NCBI RefSeq assembly: GCF_006345805.1
Contig: NC_042998.1
Span: 133,920,001 to 133,984,000, forward strand
Source of the DNA: Octopus sinensis
Lineage: Eukaryota
DNA length: 64,000 nt
Direction: 5' to 3'
Positions within the stretch are counted from its first letter, which is position 1. The number at the start of each line of letters is the position of its first letter. Made by a program: the position numbers and the translations under genes. This document shows, piece after piece, positions 1 to 13,660 of the stretch. Below the pieces are notes generated by a model that made no database searches, was not told the DNA's origin, and saw nothing but the letters and a program-made list of their open reading frames with translations.

Positions 1-51
1 GGAAGAAGGTTTATGTTCCTATAACCTGTGTTAATTCTGTAACCCTTTACA

Positions 52-166
52 ATGGAAGATAAGAAAGTTGATTTTCGGCACTTGATGCTTTGGGAACCAG
101 ACAAGAATTGCTGCAGCTCGGCTGGATGTGTTACCACACTCTCCATATTCACCAGATATTGCTCCT
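52..166 (+). pseudogene. Internally deleted mariner transposase relic
   Basis: ATG at 52 reads MEDKKVDFRHLMLWE (mariner-type N-terminus), then jumps at ~96 to TRQELLQLGW / VLPHSPYSPDIAP (YSPDLAP motif) with frameshifts. Confidence 0.75.
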
Positions 167-407
167 TTAACAACTGATGAAGGGTCGTTCTTTATGTTAC
201 TTGTCTTGTTTTCAAATTGTTTCTTCCGTTGTTCGCAAAAAATGTTCGTATTCCATGTTTTCATGTTTCGCATTTCATGTTGTTTTCGTATTTCATGTTG
301 TTCATGTTTTATGACGTCATGTACCCATATATACATATGTATATACATATATATGTAAGTATGTACATATATATATGCATATGTATATTATTTATATTAT
401 ATATATA

Positions 408-458
<51 letters not shown>

Positions 459-785
459 TTCTCTCTCTTTCTATTGTCCTTTATTGCTCTTCCTTCACTT
501 AATTTTACATTACTCATATATACATACATATATATATATATATATATATGATGCATGTATGTATATACTTGTATATACATATATACATCTCTTTATTTAT
601 ATATAACTTTACAACACGTGTGTATATGTATGCGTGTGTGTGTGTGTGTGTTTCTAATTTCAGGTACGCATTGTTTCTTCTGTTTCACACTCACACATCC
701 AACAGCTGTTCAAGAACATAAACACACAAACACGTACACAAACATGCGTACATACACCTTTTTCTCGCACATGAACACCCTAACA

Positions 786-825
<40 letters not shown>

Positions 826-1062
826 GAAGTAAAAAATATTTTTGAAATAAAGTGCACACAATAGTAATAAAACCTGAAAAACCTACCCTGACAGCTATCT
901 CAAGTGAAGCAAGCAGACAATACCAATATCCTGACGATGTTATAACCACTCCTGATCACCTAATATACAATACAGGAAAACCGTCACGCAGAAACCAAAG
1001 ACACATAGGCATATTCACATCTGTGATTACGTTATAAGGATATGGGCTATTCTGTATGTATA

Positions 1063-1121
<59 letters not shown>

Positions 1122-1384
1122 TATATATATTATATATACATTTACACATACACACACACACACACTAACACGCTATAGAAATCCATCCATACATAGCTAA
1201 ACTTATATGTGTGTACGTGTGCGCATGGGTGTATGAGTGTGTATGTGTGTGTTTGCACTGATCAAAACGTGCATATATAACCAAAGTTACGATGAAATTG
1301 AGTAAATATTGAGGATCGCAGGATATTCTCGACAGTGCAGTATCAATACGCCAATCACACTTACACAAACACATACATATATTA

Positions 1385-1441
<57 letters not shown>

Positions 1442-1530
1442 TAATTAATCCAAGCAAAAAAGCACAAAAAAGCACAACAACGCGAGGACGCGGAAAAATA
1501 TAGTATTATTGGACGCTCAGGAAAGAAGGA

Positions 1531-1570
1531 ATGTTTAACGTTTCGAGCGAGAGCTCTTCGTCGGAAACAT
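1531..1570 (-). ncRNA. Minimal type-I hammerhead-like motif in a short element abutting (TA)n and cut by the gap
   Basis: Minus strand: ATGTTT-CCGACGA-A-GAGC-TCTC-GCTC-GAAAC-GTT-AAACAT; 6-bp stem I, 4-bp stem II, palindromic AACGTT; core has a U4-to-C change. Confidence 0.65.
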
Positions 1571-1625
1571 AGGAGAAGGAAAGATCCAGAGAAGGGAAAA
1601 AACTCGCCAACGGTACACACACGGT

Positions 1626-1725
1626 NNNNNNNNNNNNNNNNNNNNNNNNNNNNNNNNNNNNNNNNNNNNNNNNNNNNNNNNNNNNNNNNNNNNNNNNNNN
1701 NNNNNNNNNNNNNNNNNNNNNNNNN
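1626..1725. other. Assembly gap
   Basis: 100 consecutive N. Confidence 1.
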
Positions 1726-2099
1726 ACAAGGACAGACAAACGGATGAAGTCGATCATATCGGCCCCATTGCGTAACTGGTACTTAATTTATCAACCCCGA
1801 AAGGATGAAAGGCAAAGTCGACCTTGGCGGAATTTGAACTCAGAACATAAAAAAGACGAAATACCTATTTCTTTACTACTCACAAGGGGCTAAACACAGA
1901 GGGGACAAACAAGGACAGAGCAAACGGATTAAGTCGACCATATCGACCCCATTGCGTATCTGGTACTTAATTTATCGACCCCGAAAGGATGAAAGGCAAA
2001 GTCGACCTTGGCAGAATTTGAACTCAGAACGTAACGGCAGACGAAATACGGCTACGCATTTCGCCCAGCGTGCTAACGTTTCTGCCAGCTCGCCACCTT
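1726..2099 (-). mobile_element. Two adjacent SINE family A copies (partial 1726-1860, near full 1864-2099)
   Basis: Reverse complement of GGCGAGCTGGCAGAAACGTTAGCACG...GAGTTCAAATTC(C/T)GCC...GTCGACTTTGCCTTTCATCCTTTCGGGGTCGATAAA; A-box and B-box-like head. Confidence 0.85.
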
Positions 2100-2471
2100 A
2101 CTACCATATATTTTATTAAACATGTAGTCAACCTCACTGTGCACAGGAATCCCAAAGGGTTTTCTCTGCAGAACCTAGTTAAGAACAGTGCCAGTGGTTT
2201 CGTTGTGTCATTAATTTAGTAAATATATATATGACGTCAACAAATATAGAATGAGCAAAGGCACTGCCTGCTGTTTATTATATGAAAACAGAGTGGTGGA
2301 TTTGGTGTATAGTTAAAGCGTCGGATAAAGTTTTTATGTTTCTTCTTTCGGCTCTTTCCACTCCCAGTTCAAACACCGTCGAGAATGATAAAATAAAATA
2401 CGTGTCAAGAACGGTGGTCAATTAAATTAACTAATCCTTTCATTCAAATCTCAAACTTTCTGTCATACTAG

Positions 2472-2683
2472 TTTCAAATTTTGGCACAATGCCAGCAATT
2501 TTGGGGAAGGATATAAGTCGATTACATTGACCCCAGTAAACAACTGATACTTATTTTATCGACTCCGAAAGGATGAAAGGCAAAGTTGACTTCGGCGGAA
2601 TTTGAACTCAGATCATGAAAACAGACGAAATGTCGCTAAGCATTTTGCCAGGCGTGCTAAAGATTCTACCACCTCGCCGCCTT
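2472..2683 (-). mobile_element. SINE family A, alternative 3' tail subfamily
   Basis: Same head and core; tail is the reverse complement of TTTCAAATTTTGGCACAA(T/G)GCCAGC, also seen at 46283 and 59364 and in plus orientation at 13707. Confidence 0.8.
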
Positions 2684-2923
2684 ATTTTCTGTCTATATTA
2701 GAAACAATTATAAGAACATAAACGAAACTAGTCGATTTGTTGTTAACTTCGTTTCTATACCTGTGGTGCAACTGTGGGTACGTTTGAAACCGCAAGGCTA
2801 AATGTCTATTAATCGTATGACTAGCCTTTAGCCAATATAAGACAACTGAGGTAACTTCCTAAAAACAAAGTAAATCTACTATTTTTTTTCACTAAACTTT
2901 GAGGAAAAGCGACCATATATACT

Positions 2924-3156
2924 TATTTTTTTAATGTCCACAAGGGGCTAAACATAGAGAGGACAAACAAGGACAGATAGACGGATTAAGTCGATTACAT
3001 CGATCCCAGTGCGTAACTGGTACTTAATTTATCGACCCCGAAAGGATGAAAGGCAAAGTCGACCTCGGCGGAATTTGAATTCAAAGCGTAACCGCAGACG
3101 AAATACCGCTAAGCATTTCGCCCGGCGTGCTAACGTTTCTGCCAGCTCGCCGCCTT
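2924..3156 (-). mobile_element. SINE family A with 17-bp target-site duplication
   Basis: AAGCGACCATATATACT at 2907-2923 and 3157-3173. Confidence 0.92.
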
Positions 3157-3289
3157 AAGCGACCATATATACTGACGCCGTTAACATTCTGCGTAAACTG
3201 CTGCAAACGAGCATGTCTAGGAGTAACTTTATGCCAATTAGTCAAATGGAGGTCTGGATATGGTCGAGAATGATTTTTATCTTCCCAAC

Positions 3290-3790
3290 AATTAAAGCTC
3301 AATACACAAGCAACTACAGAGAAATCACTTACAGGGTGAGAATTCCAGAGGTCAGTGACCTGGAGAGGAAAAACTGGTCGTAGTGATTAATGTTAGAAAG
3401 AAGGGTCTGCGATGTTGGACACAACGTAGGTGACAAGAGAAAGAGAGCAGAATGAGTTGAAAGGGCCTGAATTGAAGTGTTACGAGGCCAGCCAGCAGTG
3501 TCACAGAGAGGAGACACCACGTCTCTGGGCCATAGATAGGCTAGAGAATGCTTCTGAGTAAATTCATGCTAATTTGTCGAATGGCTTATTTCTGAATGCA
3601 GTTGAGAAAGTCTATATATCTGTGTACTAGTAATACCGTTCCTGATGAATTTACATCGTTGAAAATCTGATATGTATTGACTCCCCAAAAGTAAAGCCCC
3701 GTACGTGAGCTTCCAAGATGACGCTAGGAAGTTGAATCTTAATACTAGAGGTTGTCTTGTTCGTCTCATGCTGTTAACAGACTTTTTTAC
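3290..3790 (-). mobile_element. Degenerate CR1/L2-like LINE, 3' end of ORF2
   Basis: Minus-strand peptides LTYGALLLGSQ... and ...PRNTSIQALSTH...NHYDQFFLSR resemble the post-RT tail of CR1-group LINEs; many disablements. Confidence 0.45.
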
Positions 3791-4493
3791 ATGTTATAGA
3801 ATGGCAGAATTGCTCCATCGTCGCTTCGCTAGTTACGTTCTTTTACGATCTCTATGCGCGCGCGTATGTGTGTGTATGTGCTTGTGTGTGCATGTGTGTC
3901 TGTGTGTGTGAGTGTGTATTTGTGTGTACGCGTGTGTATGTGTGTGTTTAAAGTATATATGTGTAATCATACATATACGTATCTATATTTATAAACGTAC
4001 ACACTCACATAGTTACCTTCCTTTACATTACATTACATACACACACACATATTTATAAATTTATATGTATTCATATACTGTGTGTATACACGGCCATGTT
4101 TCATGTGATTTGTAGATCTCAGCAAGGAGGTCACTGAGTGCATTTTCTATTTTTGTTTTCTATTTTTTTCTATATTTTTAGTTATATTTTTTTATTTATT
4201 TCTTTTCCGCTTTTGTATGTGTGTGTGTATGTGTGTGCGTGTGTGTGTGTGTGTGTATGTGTGCTCGTGTGTGAATGTGTGTGTGTGTGTGTTACTATTG
4301 TGGTCTTTTTATTTTACCTTATTGTATTGGCATGTGTGTGTTTATGTATATTTGTTACATCAGTGTGTATATATGTTTCTACGTATATGTGTATGTTTTT
4401 TAATGTCTTTATGTGTGTGTGAGAGCGTATATGTGAGTCTTCCTCTGTGTGTGTGTGTGTGTGTATGTGTATGAGTGTATGTATCTACGAGTC

Positions 4494-4531
<38 letters not shown>

Positions 4532-4835
4532 TGTGAGATATATACGTAATTATACTTTCCTTTAGTATTAATTTATGTAGGAATGTTCTTTTTGTCGTGT
4601 CTGCCTCCGTTGTCATATAAGCGTGACGTTGTCTAGTCACTGTCTGTCGGTCTGTCTGTTTCTCTCTCACCCACCTCATTTTTTCCTTATATCTAGCATT
4701 CTTACACACACACACACACACACACATAAACACACACGCACACACAAGCACACGCACACCATTACCCTTTTCTCAGATTTTATTTATTTATGGCAACCGT
4801 TCTTTCTCTTTCCCATGCCAATCACTGTTATTATG

Positions 4836-4889
<54 letters not shown>

Positions 4890-4960
4890 ACACACACACA
4901 CACACACACACATATTCTATCTCTCTCTCTCATTTACACGAACAACAACTATCTATCTAC

Positions 4961-5032
<72 letters not shown>

Positions 5033-5136
5033 TTATCTATCAGTCTATCTATCCATAAACGACCTTTCTATCTTCATGTCTTCATTCCTATATTCACCTA
5101 TTTAGCTACACACACACACAAACCACACGTATACAT

Positions 5137-5167
<31 letters not shown>

Positions 5168-5493
5168 ATATATATATATATATAATATATATATAAAATA
5201 TGAATTAGAGATAAAACCAATACTTATTATATCATACTATTACTTATATTATAATTATCATTCTTTTTATACTTTTTTGAAAAAAATATATTAAAATTAT
5301 GTATATATATATATTATATTAATTATATTTATATTATTTGTTATTTATGTATTGGTTTATGTCTATTACTGTTTGAGTGCCTAATAGTGGTTTTTATCTA
5401 ATTCATATTTTATATTTTTATACTGTGAAATTTGATTTAATACTAAATCTAATTTTCCCTGTAAGTTTGAAGCCATACTCCCTAATATTATAT

Positions 5494-5545
<52 letters not shown>

Positions 5546-5549
5546 GGAA

Positions 5550-5745
5550 GAGTTTACGAAAAAAGCAAAAGGCGAAGACAGGTGGTGTACAAAACACAAG
5601 ATGTATTAGTATAACGCTCAGGAATAGAAAAGTTTTTACGTTAGAGCCTACGCTCTTCTACAGAAAGGGACACAGAAAAAACAAGGAGAGAAAAAAGGAG
5701 AGAGAAAAATGTGCGTAGTGGCTAACGATCTATCATGGCGACTGG
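5550..5745 (-). mobile_element. Short element flanked by (TA)n, carrying a decayed hammerhead-like motif
   Basis: Minus strand 5633-5667: CTTT-CTGTAGA-A-GAGC-GTAG-GCTC-TAACGT-AAAA; core and GAAA are mutated. Confidence 0.45.
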
Positions 5746-5790
<45 letters not shown>

Positions 5791-5815
5791 CTATGACTTA
5801 ACTTCCCTCTCACAC

Positions 5816-5869
5816 CGTCTCCGATGTAGGGATATCGTTAATAAATATCCTAGAAACAGCTGTAAGACG
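5816..5869 (+). ncRNA. Degenerate minimal type-I hammerhead motif
   Basis: CGTCT-CCGATGT-AGGGATAT...ATATCCTA-GAAAC-AGCT-GTA-AGACG; stems intact, two core substitutions; paralogue at 34782. Confidence 0.55.
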
Positions 5870-6820
5870 TTCTATCTATAAATGGTCTAATATCTATACA
5901 CCCTTGGTTTTTTTATTTTATTACGCAAAAAATTCTTATATACACACGCTGACCTAGAACCAACGTTGAACCCCTTATTCGCAATATTACCGAATCTGGA
6001 ACTTAACTATGGTCTGTCTATAGCACCTATTCACCATTACCTGACACCTTTGGGTCTCAATGATACCATTATCTCTTATAACCTCAACTTCTCGCTATAC
6101 ATACATATATATATTTATATCATACACACACACACTTATATGTTACACATTATCAATTTGAGAATTACTTACGAAATAAATCAATTTATTATTTACCAGT
6201 ACCTCGGTGATTGTTTCAATGTTTTTCACTGTTTACTTTGCTCGTGTATATTTTAAAGTTTTGACTGTTATTTCCAGCAACTCCTGTTGGGTTGCTTGTA
6301 GCTTTTAAATATTTCATTTCCTCGCGAATCTTTTAATGTTTTTCCCTGTTTACTGTAGCTAGCTTAATGTTTTGACATGCCGGTGCCCCCTCCCTACTGT
6401 GGAAGATGATAGAAGAGGCAGCGAACGCGCTGCTTTATGGTTGGCTGAAAATTCTGAAAATTTTCAAACTCTGAACACCTGTAACATTTCGCAAAATTTT
6501 TCTGAAATAATTGAATAGCAAATTCGGATTCAGCGTCAAAAATATACATTAAAATTATGATACATTAAAATTTTTTTTAAGATTTCGACATGCAGAGACG
6601 ATAACCATTAAGATTCCATAAGTACCCTGGTAAAATTTATTTAGTAGTCTTTCAGTTTAATATCAAATTATTTTAATAACATCACATAAAACAAACAATA
6701 CGTTCGAGTACGCGCGTGTACATGTGTGTGTGTGTGTATACGCGTGTGTGTGCGTGTGTCTGTGTGTGTGTGATACAATGCCAACTGTTAAAACACACAG
6801 ACACACACACACACACACAT

Positions 6821-7815
6821 ACACGACAGGCTTCTTTCAGTTTTTCTCTCTATCAAATCCTACTAAATTCATTCATAAAGCTTTGGTCGGTCCTGTGTCA
6901 TAATAGAAAATATATACCCAAGGTGCTACGCAGTGGGATTGAATCTGGAACAATGTGATTGTGAAGCAATCTCCTTACCACACAACCATACCTGCGCCAT
7001 GTTAATTATTAAAAATTGTCGAGTAGTCTCCCTTACCTGTATTGACCAGAATTACTGAATAAGTTAATGATTATTTCTCCTTACCATCAGTGTGCTTTAA
7101 TTATGCCAAAAAGAGTCATTTATTCAATACATCTTTTTTCTTCTTTTTTTAATTTATCATTATCAAACTGAAATTGGTACCGGTGCCGTTATGGTCGACT
7201 TCAGCCAGAAAAATAAAAACGCTAGTTGTGTCCCAGCATGGCCGACTTCCAGGGACTAAGAATAATAAAGAATGCAATATGATTTGCGCTTATTTTTGTC
7301 TCCTTCATTTACTTCATTGGTTATCATCTTATATTTATACATCTAATGGCTTATATTTTTGTTTGTTTATGCATTCGTCTGTATAGTTGCCTATCTTACA
7401 ATATTTCACTGTAAGTATCATTACATTTCACTACCTAAAGGTATATTTAACTTGCTAATTAGCTATTTATTGTCTGATTATCCAGCTATTTAACTAACTG
7501 GTACATACTGCCAATAGTGTAGTGAGTCAAAAAATTTCAATTAATTAAAGCACACACATGGTAAGGAGAAATAATCATTAACTTATTCAGTAATTCTGGT
7601 CAATACAGGTAAGGGAGACTACTCGACAATTTTTAATAATTAGCATGGCGCAGGTATGGTTGTGTGGTAAAGAGATTGCTTCACAATCACATTGTTCCAG
7701 ATTCAATCCCACTGCGTAGCCCCTTGGTATATGTTTTCTATTATGACACAGGACCGACCAAAGCTTTATGAATGAATTTAGTAGGATTTGATAGAGAAAA
7801 ACTGAAAGAAGCCTG

Positions 7816-7821
<6 letters not shown>
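6821..7821. repeat. Inverted duplication with ~280-bp arms (6821-7103 and 7542-7821) and a ~440-bp spacer
   Basis: Arms are near-identical reverse complements and include both a SINE C head and ~100 bp of non-SINE flank. Confidence 0.9.
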
Positions 7822-7876
<55 letters not shown>

Positions 7877-8083
7877 TGTGTCTGTGCGTGTGTGTGTCTG
7901 TGTGTACCTCTTCACAACCAGTGTTGTTTTGTTTACGTCTGTTTAACTTAGCAGCTCAGCAAAAAAGCTCGAGAGAATAGGTATCAAATAAGTTCTGAGG
8001 TCGATTCGTTCGACTGAAAAACTCATCAATTAGTGAACTAGCATGGTTGCAGTTCAGTGACTGAAACACGTGAAAGATAAAAG
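7647..8083 (+). mobile_element. SINE family C (tRNA-like head, internal (TG)n, conserved tail)
   Basis: GGCGCAGGTATGGTTGTGTGGTAA head, GAAAGAAGCCTGTCG-(TG)n, tail ending GACTGAAAC...AAAGA. Confidence 0.8.
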
Positions 8084-8745
8084 TAGAGGAGACAACCCAA
8101 CAATTTTTATTAATTAACACTAATTAATAATAGAATGTAAGCAATATGGAATAAATCGCAACTGGTTAGTTGTATATCTACTTCACTCGCTCTAAATACA
8201 TAACCCCCTTTTTTATGTTTATCAATGTACGTATCTCTCTGCCAATCTTTCTCTTTATTTCTATCTCTATACTGATCTGAGTACGCCTTTCAATATCCAT
8301 TTATCGATTTAAAAACATTTTATGCTTATTTACCAGTCTATTTATTTGTGGCGGGTGGAAAGCAGAATCAGTTGTGCATTAGATAAGTTACATTGCGATA
8401 TTTCGTTATGTCCCTTCTGTTCAAATCTCACCCACCTCTACATTACCTTTCACTTTTCCGAGGTTAACAAAATAGTCACCTACATAGTGGGTGACCCCCA
8501 AGCAATTGTGGTGTCGCGGTGGAAGGGACCTAAACACCTAGAGACTTGGCTTCGCTACCTGATGAGAAATCGGAGACGGATTACAGCAACGCTCTCAGCA
8601 GATAAGTGTTTACCCTAATAAAAATATATCAGCCGATACAATTAGTACTGGAGTCATAGTAATTGGCTGTTCATTACAAGGTGACGCTTCAAAGTGGCGC
8701 TTCTAAGTGGTGTCCATGCTAATCGGTTGGAGCCCCTGGCTGTTA

Positions 8746-9652
8746 CGAGGTGGTGTCAAAAAGTTCCCGGACTAGTTTTGTATCGCACCGACAGATTGCA
8801 GCACAGAGTTACGTGCGCACTGAAAGCTAGCAGTGATTATATGTATACTGCAGTCTGCGATTTTGTCATGGAAATCTGCTACAGATATTGAGCACGCTTC
8901 GGCAAACTTATGGCGACAAAGTAATGGGTCATACGCAATGTTATGAATGGCACAGGTGCTTAAAAAGTGGAAGAACGTCCCCGTCTGGAAAACATTGTCC
9001 ATCGAGATTTCGTCCTCCGGGACCAGGTCATCAATCGAGAGTTCTATTGCGACGTTTTGAAGTACTTGAGAGAGGACATTTGGTGGAAACGACCGGATCT
9101 GTGATCCGCAAAGATTCTTCAGCGAGCTCTCCTCACTTGTGAATTTCTCACCAAAAACAACATGGTATCATTTCTGCATCCACCCTATTCGCCAGATTTG
9201 GCACCTGCGGACTTCTGTCTCTTCCCCAAGTTGAAAATGCAGCTCAAAGGGCGGTGTTCTGAGTTCAAATTCCGCCGAGGTCGGCTTTGCCTTTCATCCT
9301 TTCGGGGTCGATTAAATAAGTACCAGTTACGCACTGAGGTTGGTGTAATTGATTTAATCCCTTTGGCTATCCTTGTTTGTCCCCTCTATGTTTAGCTCCC
9401 TGTGGGCAATAAATACATTAAAAATATCGCCATTTTAACATTGTTGTCGACATCCAGAGCAAATCGCTGAAGTTCCTCGATTCGCTTATGGAAAACGACT
9501 TCCAGGCCAGATTCCCAAAGTGGCAGGAACGCTGGAACCGGTGTATTGCTATACTATGTGACTATTTCGAAGGAGATGATGTTAAAACTTAGGTAAATAA
9601 GTTATCATTTTATTAAACATAACTAGTCTGCAAAAGTTTTGATAGCACCTCG
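8746..9652 (+). mobile_element. Defective mariner DNA transposon with TIRs
   Basis: Left TA|CGAGGTGGTGTCAAAAAGTTCCCGGACTAGTT; right end reverse complement CGAGGTGCTATCAAAACTTTTGCAGACTAGTT; peptides TQCYEWHRCLKSGRTS, HPPYSPDLAPADFCLFPKLKMQLKGR, WQERWNRCIA..DYFEGD. Confidence 0.92.
9250..9415 (+). mobile_element. SINE family A fragment nested in the mariner ORF
   Basis: SINE core interrupts KGR|HF of the transposase. Confidence 0.85.
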
Positions 9653-10073
9653 AAATTCGAAGGCATGGAGATCTGAGTGTGATGCTGGAGTAGAACGCTT
9701 TGAAACAGAACGTAGAAAACTTCTTAAAGAGAGGAAACGTTGTCATCAACTCCCTGTGGCTGGTGTTCGGGGTCACTTTCTGTGTCCTCTCTACTACAGG
9801 ATCTGCCTAACTCGTATCGGTCTTGTCAGCCGTGTCCGCCCCCTTAAGAAATAATGTGCAAGAGGTGGAGGAGGATGAACGTCTTTGATGGGCTGTCACA
9901 AGCATTAAGCGTAACAAGGTGGCGCTTCAACATTGTCACTATCTAATGATGGTTAAAAATAAAAGAATAAAGTAATTTATTAGTTTAGCTTATTATCTCC
10001 GTATAACTCTCTACAGAATTATGTAATCATTGTGCGTTTTGTAAATATAGAATATTTAATATTTATGACTTTG

Positions 10074-10142
<69 letters not shown>

Positions 10143-10174
10143 TATGCTTTATAAGCATTTAAAGCATTTGTTTT

Positions 10175-10350
10175 ATTGGTGGTGTGTTTACGTAACTTAG
10201 CGTAACTTAGCGGTTCGGCAAAAGTGCCCGATAGAATAAGTACTAGTCTTACAAAGAATAAGTCCTGGGATCGATTTGCTCGACTAAAGGCGGTGCTCCA
10301 GCATGGCCGCAGTCAAATGACTGAACCAAGTAAAAGAGTAAAAGAGAGAG
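10175..10350 (+). mobile_element. SINE family C 3' tail
   Basis: GGTGTGTTTACGTAACTTAGCGGTTCGGCAAAA...CAGCATGGCCGCAGTCAAATGACTGAA, just downstream of a (TG)n tract. Confidence 0.85.
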
Positions 10351-11778
10351 TAAAGAGTATATGCATGTGTGTATAATTATATATATACATATGTGGGTCC
10401 GAATAAACTTGTTTTCGTTTGCGATACCAAAAAAAAAAAAGTTCTTCATTTTTAGAATTTTGGGTAACCTGGGAAAATGAGGTTCTAGCTATTTCGAAAG
10501 TATTTGTCTTCGGAGAGGAAGTGACTGTGCTTGATGGTTGTAAATAATACTGTAAGGAAAAGGAAGACAGACGATCAGGTTGTCAAATCGATAACAAGTT
10601 GCCGACAAGTATCACTTTGTGATAAGGATTCTTATATACATTATTATACAGAGTAAATACTTATTTATTAAAATAAAATGTAAATGTTATCTAAACTCAT
10701 ATATGCCTTTAGTTGTAGTTCTATAGTATTGAGATATACTGGGTAGGACCGTGGTCTGTCGTGGATAACATTTCCAAATGATCAGGATCACATTCTTGAC
10801 AGTTATGTAAAGAGAAGTAATGTAGAATGTGGTGTTAGGGTTCAATGATAGTCAAAGAAAATGAATAAATAAAACACCAAGAAATGCATGCAGTGAGCTT
10901 TAACTTCATTCCTTTGAACTTGTAGACCAATAACCTATAACTTGGGTTATCCTATCACTATTGAAGCTTGGATAGTTAACGATGCATTTGAATTATTAAG
11001 TGTAACATGTTGACAGGAAGCGTTGAGAAGAATTCAGTGAAGTGGAAGATTTACGATTTGAATTTTGTACGAAATCTGGTTGGTACAACACAAAATATGA
11101 AAGGTGTGTGCATAACATCTCTAATTTCAAACAAACAAAAGCCCGTGCAATTGTTGTTGAGAACACACAGCGTGGAGACAAGTCAATTACGGTCTAATGA
11201 TTGCACTGTGAGATAAGACGTGTCAGACACATAACTTTTGCTTCGATTCAAAGTATACTTCATTGAAAATATATTAATAATACACGTATTGTGTGTTATT
11301 AATATACATTTGTGGAGATTTACGCTTTGTAAAGATATAGTAAAGGGCGTATGACTGTCATGGATGTAATTGTGTTTGTCACAGTACGAGAAGAGGAAAA
11401 AAAACCCTCTGCAGAAGGCTGTGTAATAAGTATAGTGTAAACTACTTCAGCCGTACTATACTTGATAAGAAATAAATACAAAATAGGTACAAATAGTACA
11501 GTACGAATATCGTGAGGTTAAGATTGTAAACAGGAAAGAGTAAGCTAATCTGACATGCCTTCGTCTAAGGAAAGAAAATTTTTCAATTTCAGACGAAGGG
11601 ACAGCCCTGACCTGCCCAATTCTTCTTCCAATGACAAAATCACAAACTTCATTGTCGAATTTTAGCAATGAAGAGAACCATCAATTTCCTCGAAAAATAG
11701 ACTAGCATTGTTCCATGAAATAAATTAACATAGAAACTGGATATATTAACTTGCTGCTTGGGAGTGACGTATTCCTTT

Positions 11779-11810
<32 letters not shown>

Positions 11811-11912
11811 ATATATATATAATATATATATCCGAGACGCATGCGAATAGGCTTAGAGCAATATATATTGATATAATATTATGTTGCTGATTTAAAAACA
11901 ACCCAGGACAAA

Positions 11913-11978
<66 letters not shown>

Positions 11979-12156
11979 GGTGGGATGTACACATATACAC
12001 ACACACATACACGCACAGATATGTGTGCGCGTGTATGTTTGTATGCATATGCATGCACACATACTCACATACATATATATTTTTTTATATATGTATGTGA
12101 GTATATATATATATATATATTATATATATATACTCACACACACACACGCACATACA

Positions 12157-12231
<75 letters not shown>

Positions 12232-12369
12232 CTATGGATATATGTATTGTATATACATATATCTTTTTACATCCGGGACAAGTACGTGTTCGTGGTAGCT
12301 GAGTATATATTACGATATCTATGAATCTAACGGAAGTGTCGGATAGAAATTGTAAGTAGTTTACCAGCC

Positions 12370-13660
12370 AGAGCCAAACACGAACTCATCTCTTCTAACT
12401 CACTTCCACCTCCCTCTGCTATCAACCTCATGTTAATTACGCAGTGCACTCCCACTATTTACTTCTTTCACTAAACCCATAAACCCGACTATCCTAACCA
12501 ACCTCTCTTTCCACCGGCCTCTGCATGGAGTAAGTACTTTGGTGTATCGCTATCAGCCCAAGTTTCTAAATACGCCTAAACCTTTCCAAATCGTTCTGTT
12601 CCCTCCAGTTCGATCCAAATTTCTATTGACCATGTATGTTAAATCAATCTATTCAGGAATCCTCCACATCATCTTAAATCGCTGATCCCAATCGCTACCC
12701 AACAAGTCATTCGCCTAGAGAATTAGTCGGTACTCTCAATTACGTCTCTCTTGTTTAGTGGATGGTGAGGCTAGAAACATGTTGGATGAGCGCAAACCAC
12801 CCAAATTTCTTTGTAGAACACATTAAAGTGCAGATCTTTTAGCAGCTCAGTAGATTCACACAAGAGTCGTAGTATCGCTATAGTAACGACTGTGTCATAC
12901 CTACAACATTCTCTTGACAGCGCCTCCATCTCTTAGGTTAATTTGCTTTACCCTGCTCTAGAATTCACTTTTACCGTGTCTCACACCTCCGCCAACTTCC
13001 CAGATGGTTCTGTCCCTATTTTCAATCTCCACACTCTTCTTCCTTCATTGTAATCCCTTTGACTTCTGTTCCTGTCTCCAATATTTCTCCTCTCAACCCA
13101 GAATGACAAAATTCGTTATCCTATATTCATAAGTTTTGTGATTTCATCATTTACGCTGCATAGATTTGAATTTCAACTCCAGATCATATCAGTCAGTTGC
13201 ATATAACACGCCATTGGATCCTTGCCAGTCTAAAACACCAAAACTCTAAAACTCTAAAACTCTAAACTCTAAAACTCCGTACTTACAAACCAACAGACTC
13301 GATCCCCTCTCTCCGCCATCTTCCACTTAGCCACACTCTTATTGAAACGCACACACCTCTGCAACTGCCAGCTTCTATACTCTGCCTCTCGATCTTTCTT
13401 GTACCACTTCCCCTCTCCTTCAAAAGGAATAAGAAAAATCCTCACAACCTTCTAGAAACTCCCTAAACTTCCCTTTCGCATGCAGCCAGATACATTCGTC
13501 TGTCCCCACATCAATATCATTTCACCAATACACTGACCCAAATTTCACTGCCAAATCACTCAAAACTTCAGCTACATGTATATCAACATTATAATGCATC
13601 ACGTGCAACTTGCGATACCCTTACCACCCATCACAAACTTTGGTATACATCTTATTGTAT
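12370..13660 (+). mobile_element. Highly decayed Penelope-like element (RT to GIY-YIG region)
   Basis: Fragmentary peptides such as FTVSHTSANFPD, plus Cys-containing segments, in the order expected for PLE RT, linker, endonuclease; many stops. Confidence 0.45.

Noticed and set aside
852-1037. Non-repetitive 61-aa ORF
   Set aside because: GTG start, no recognisable motif and no supporting splice structure
8550-8600. CTGATGA motif
   Set aside because: No downstream GAAA or stem III
11558-11599. 9-bp inverted repeat CCTTCGTCT/AGACGAAGG with a CAGACGA core-like string
   Set aside because: Core and GAAA are both absent; short enough to be chance or unassignable decay
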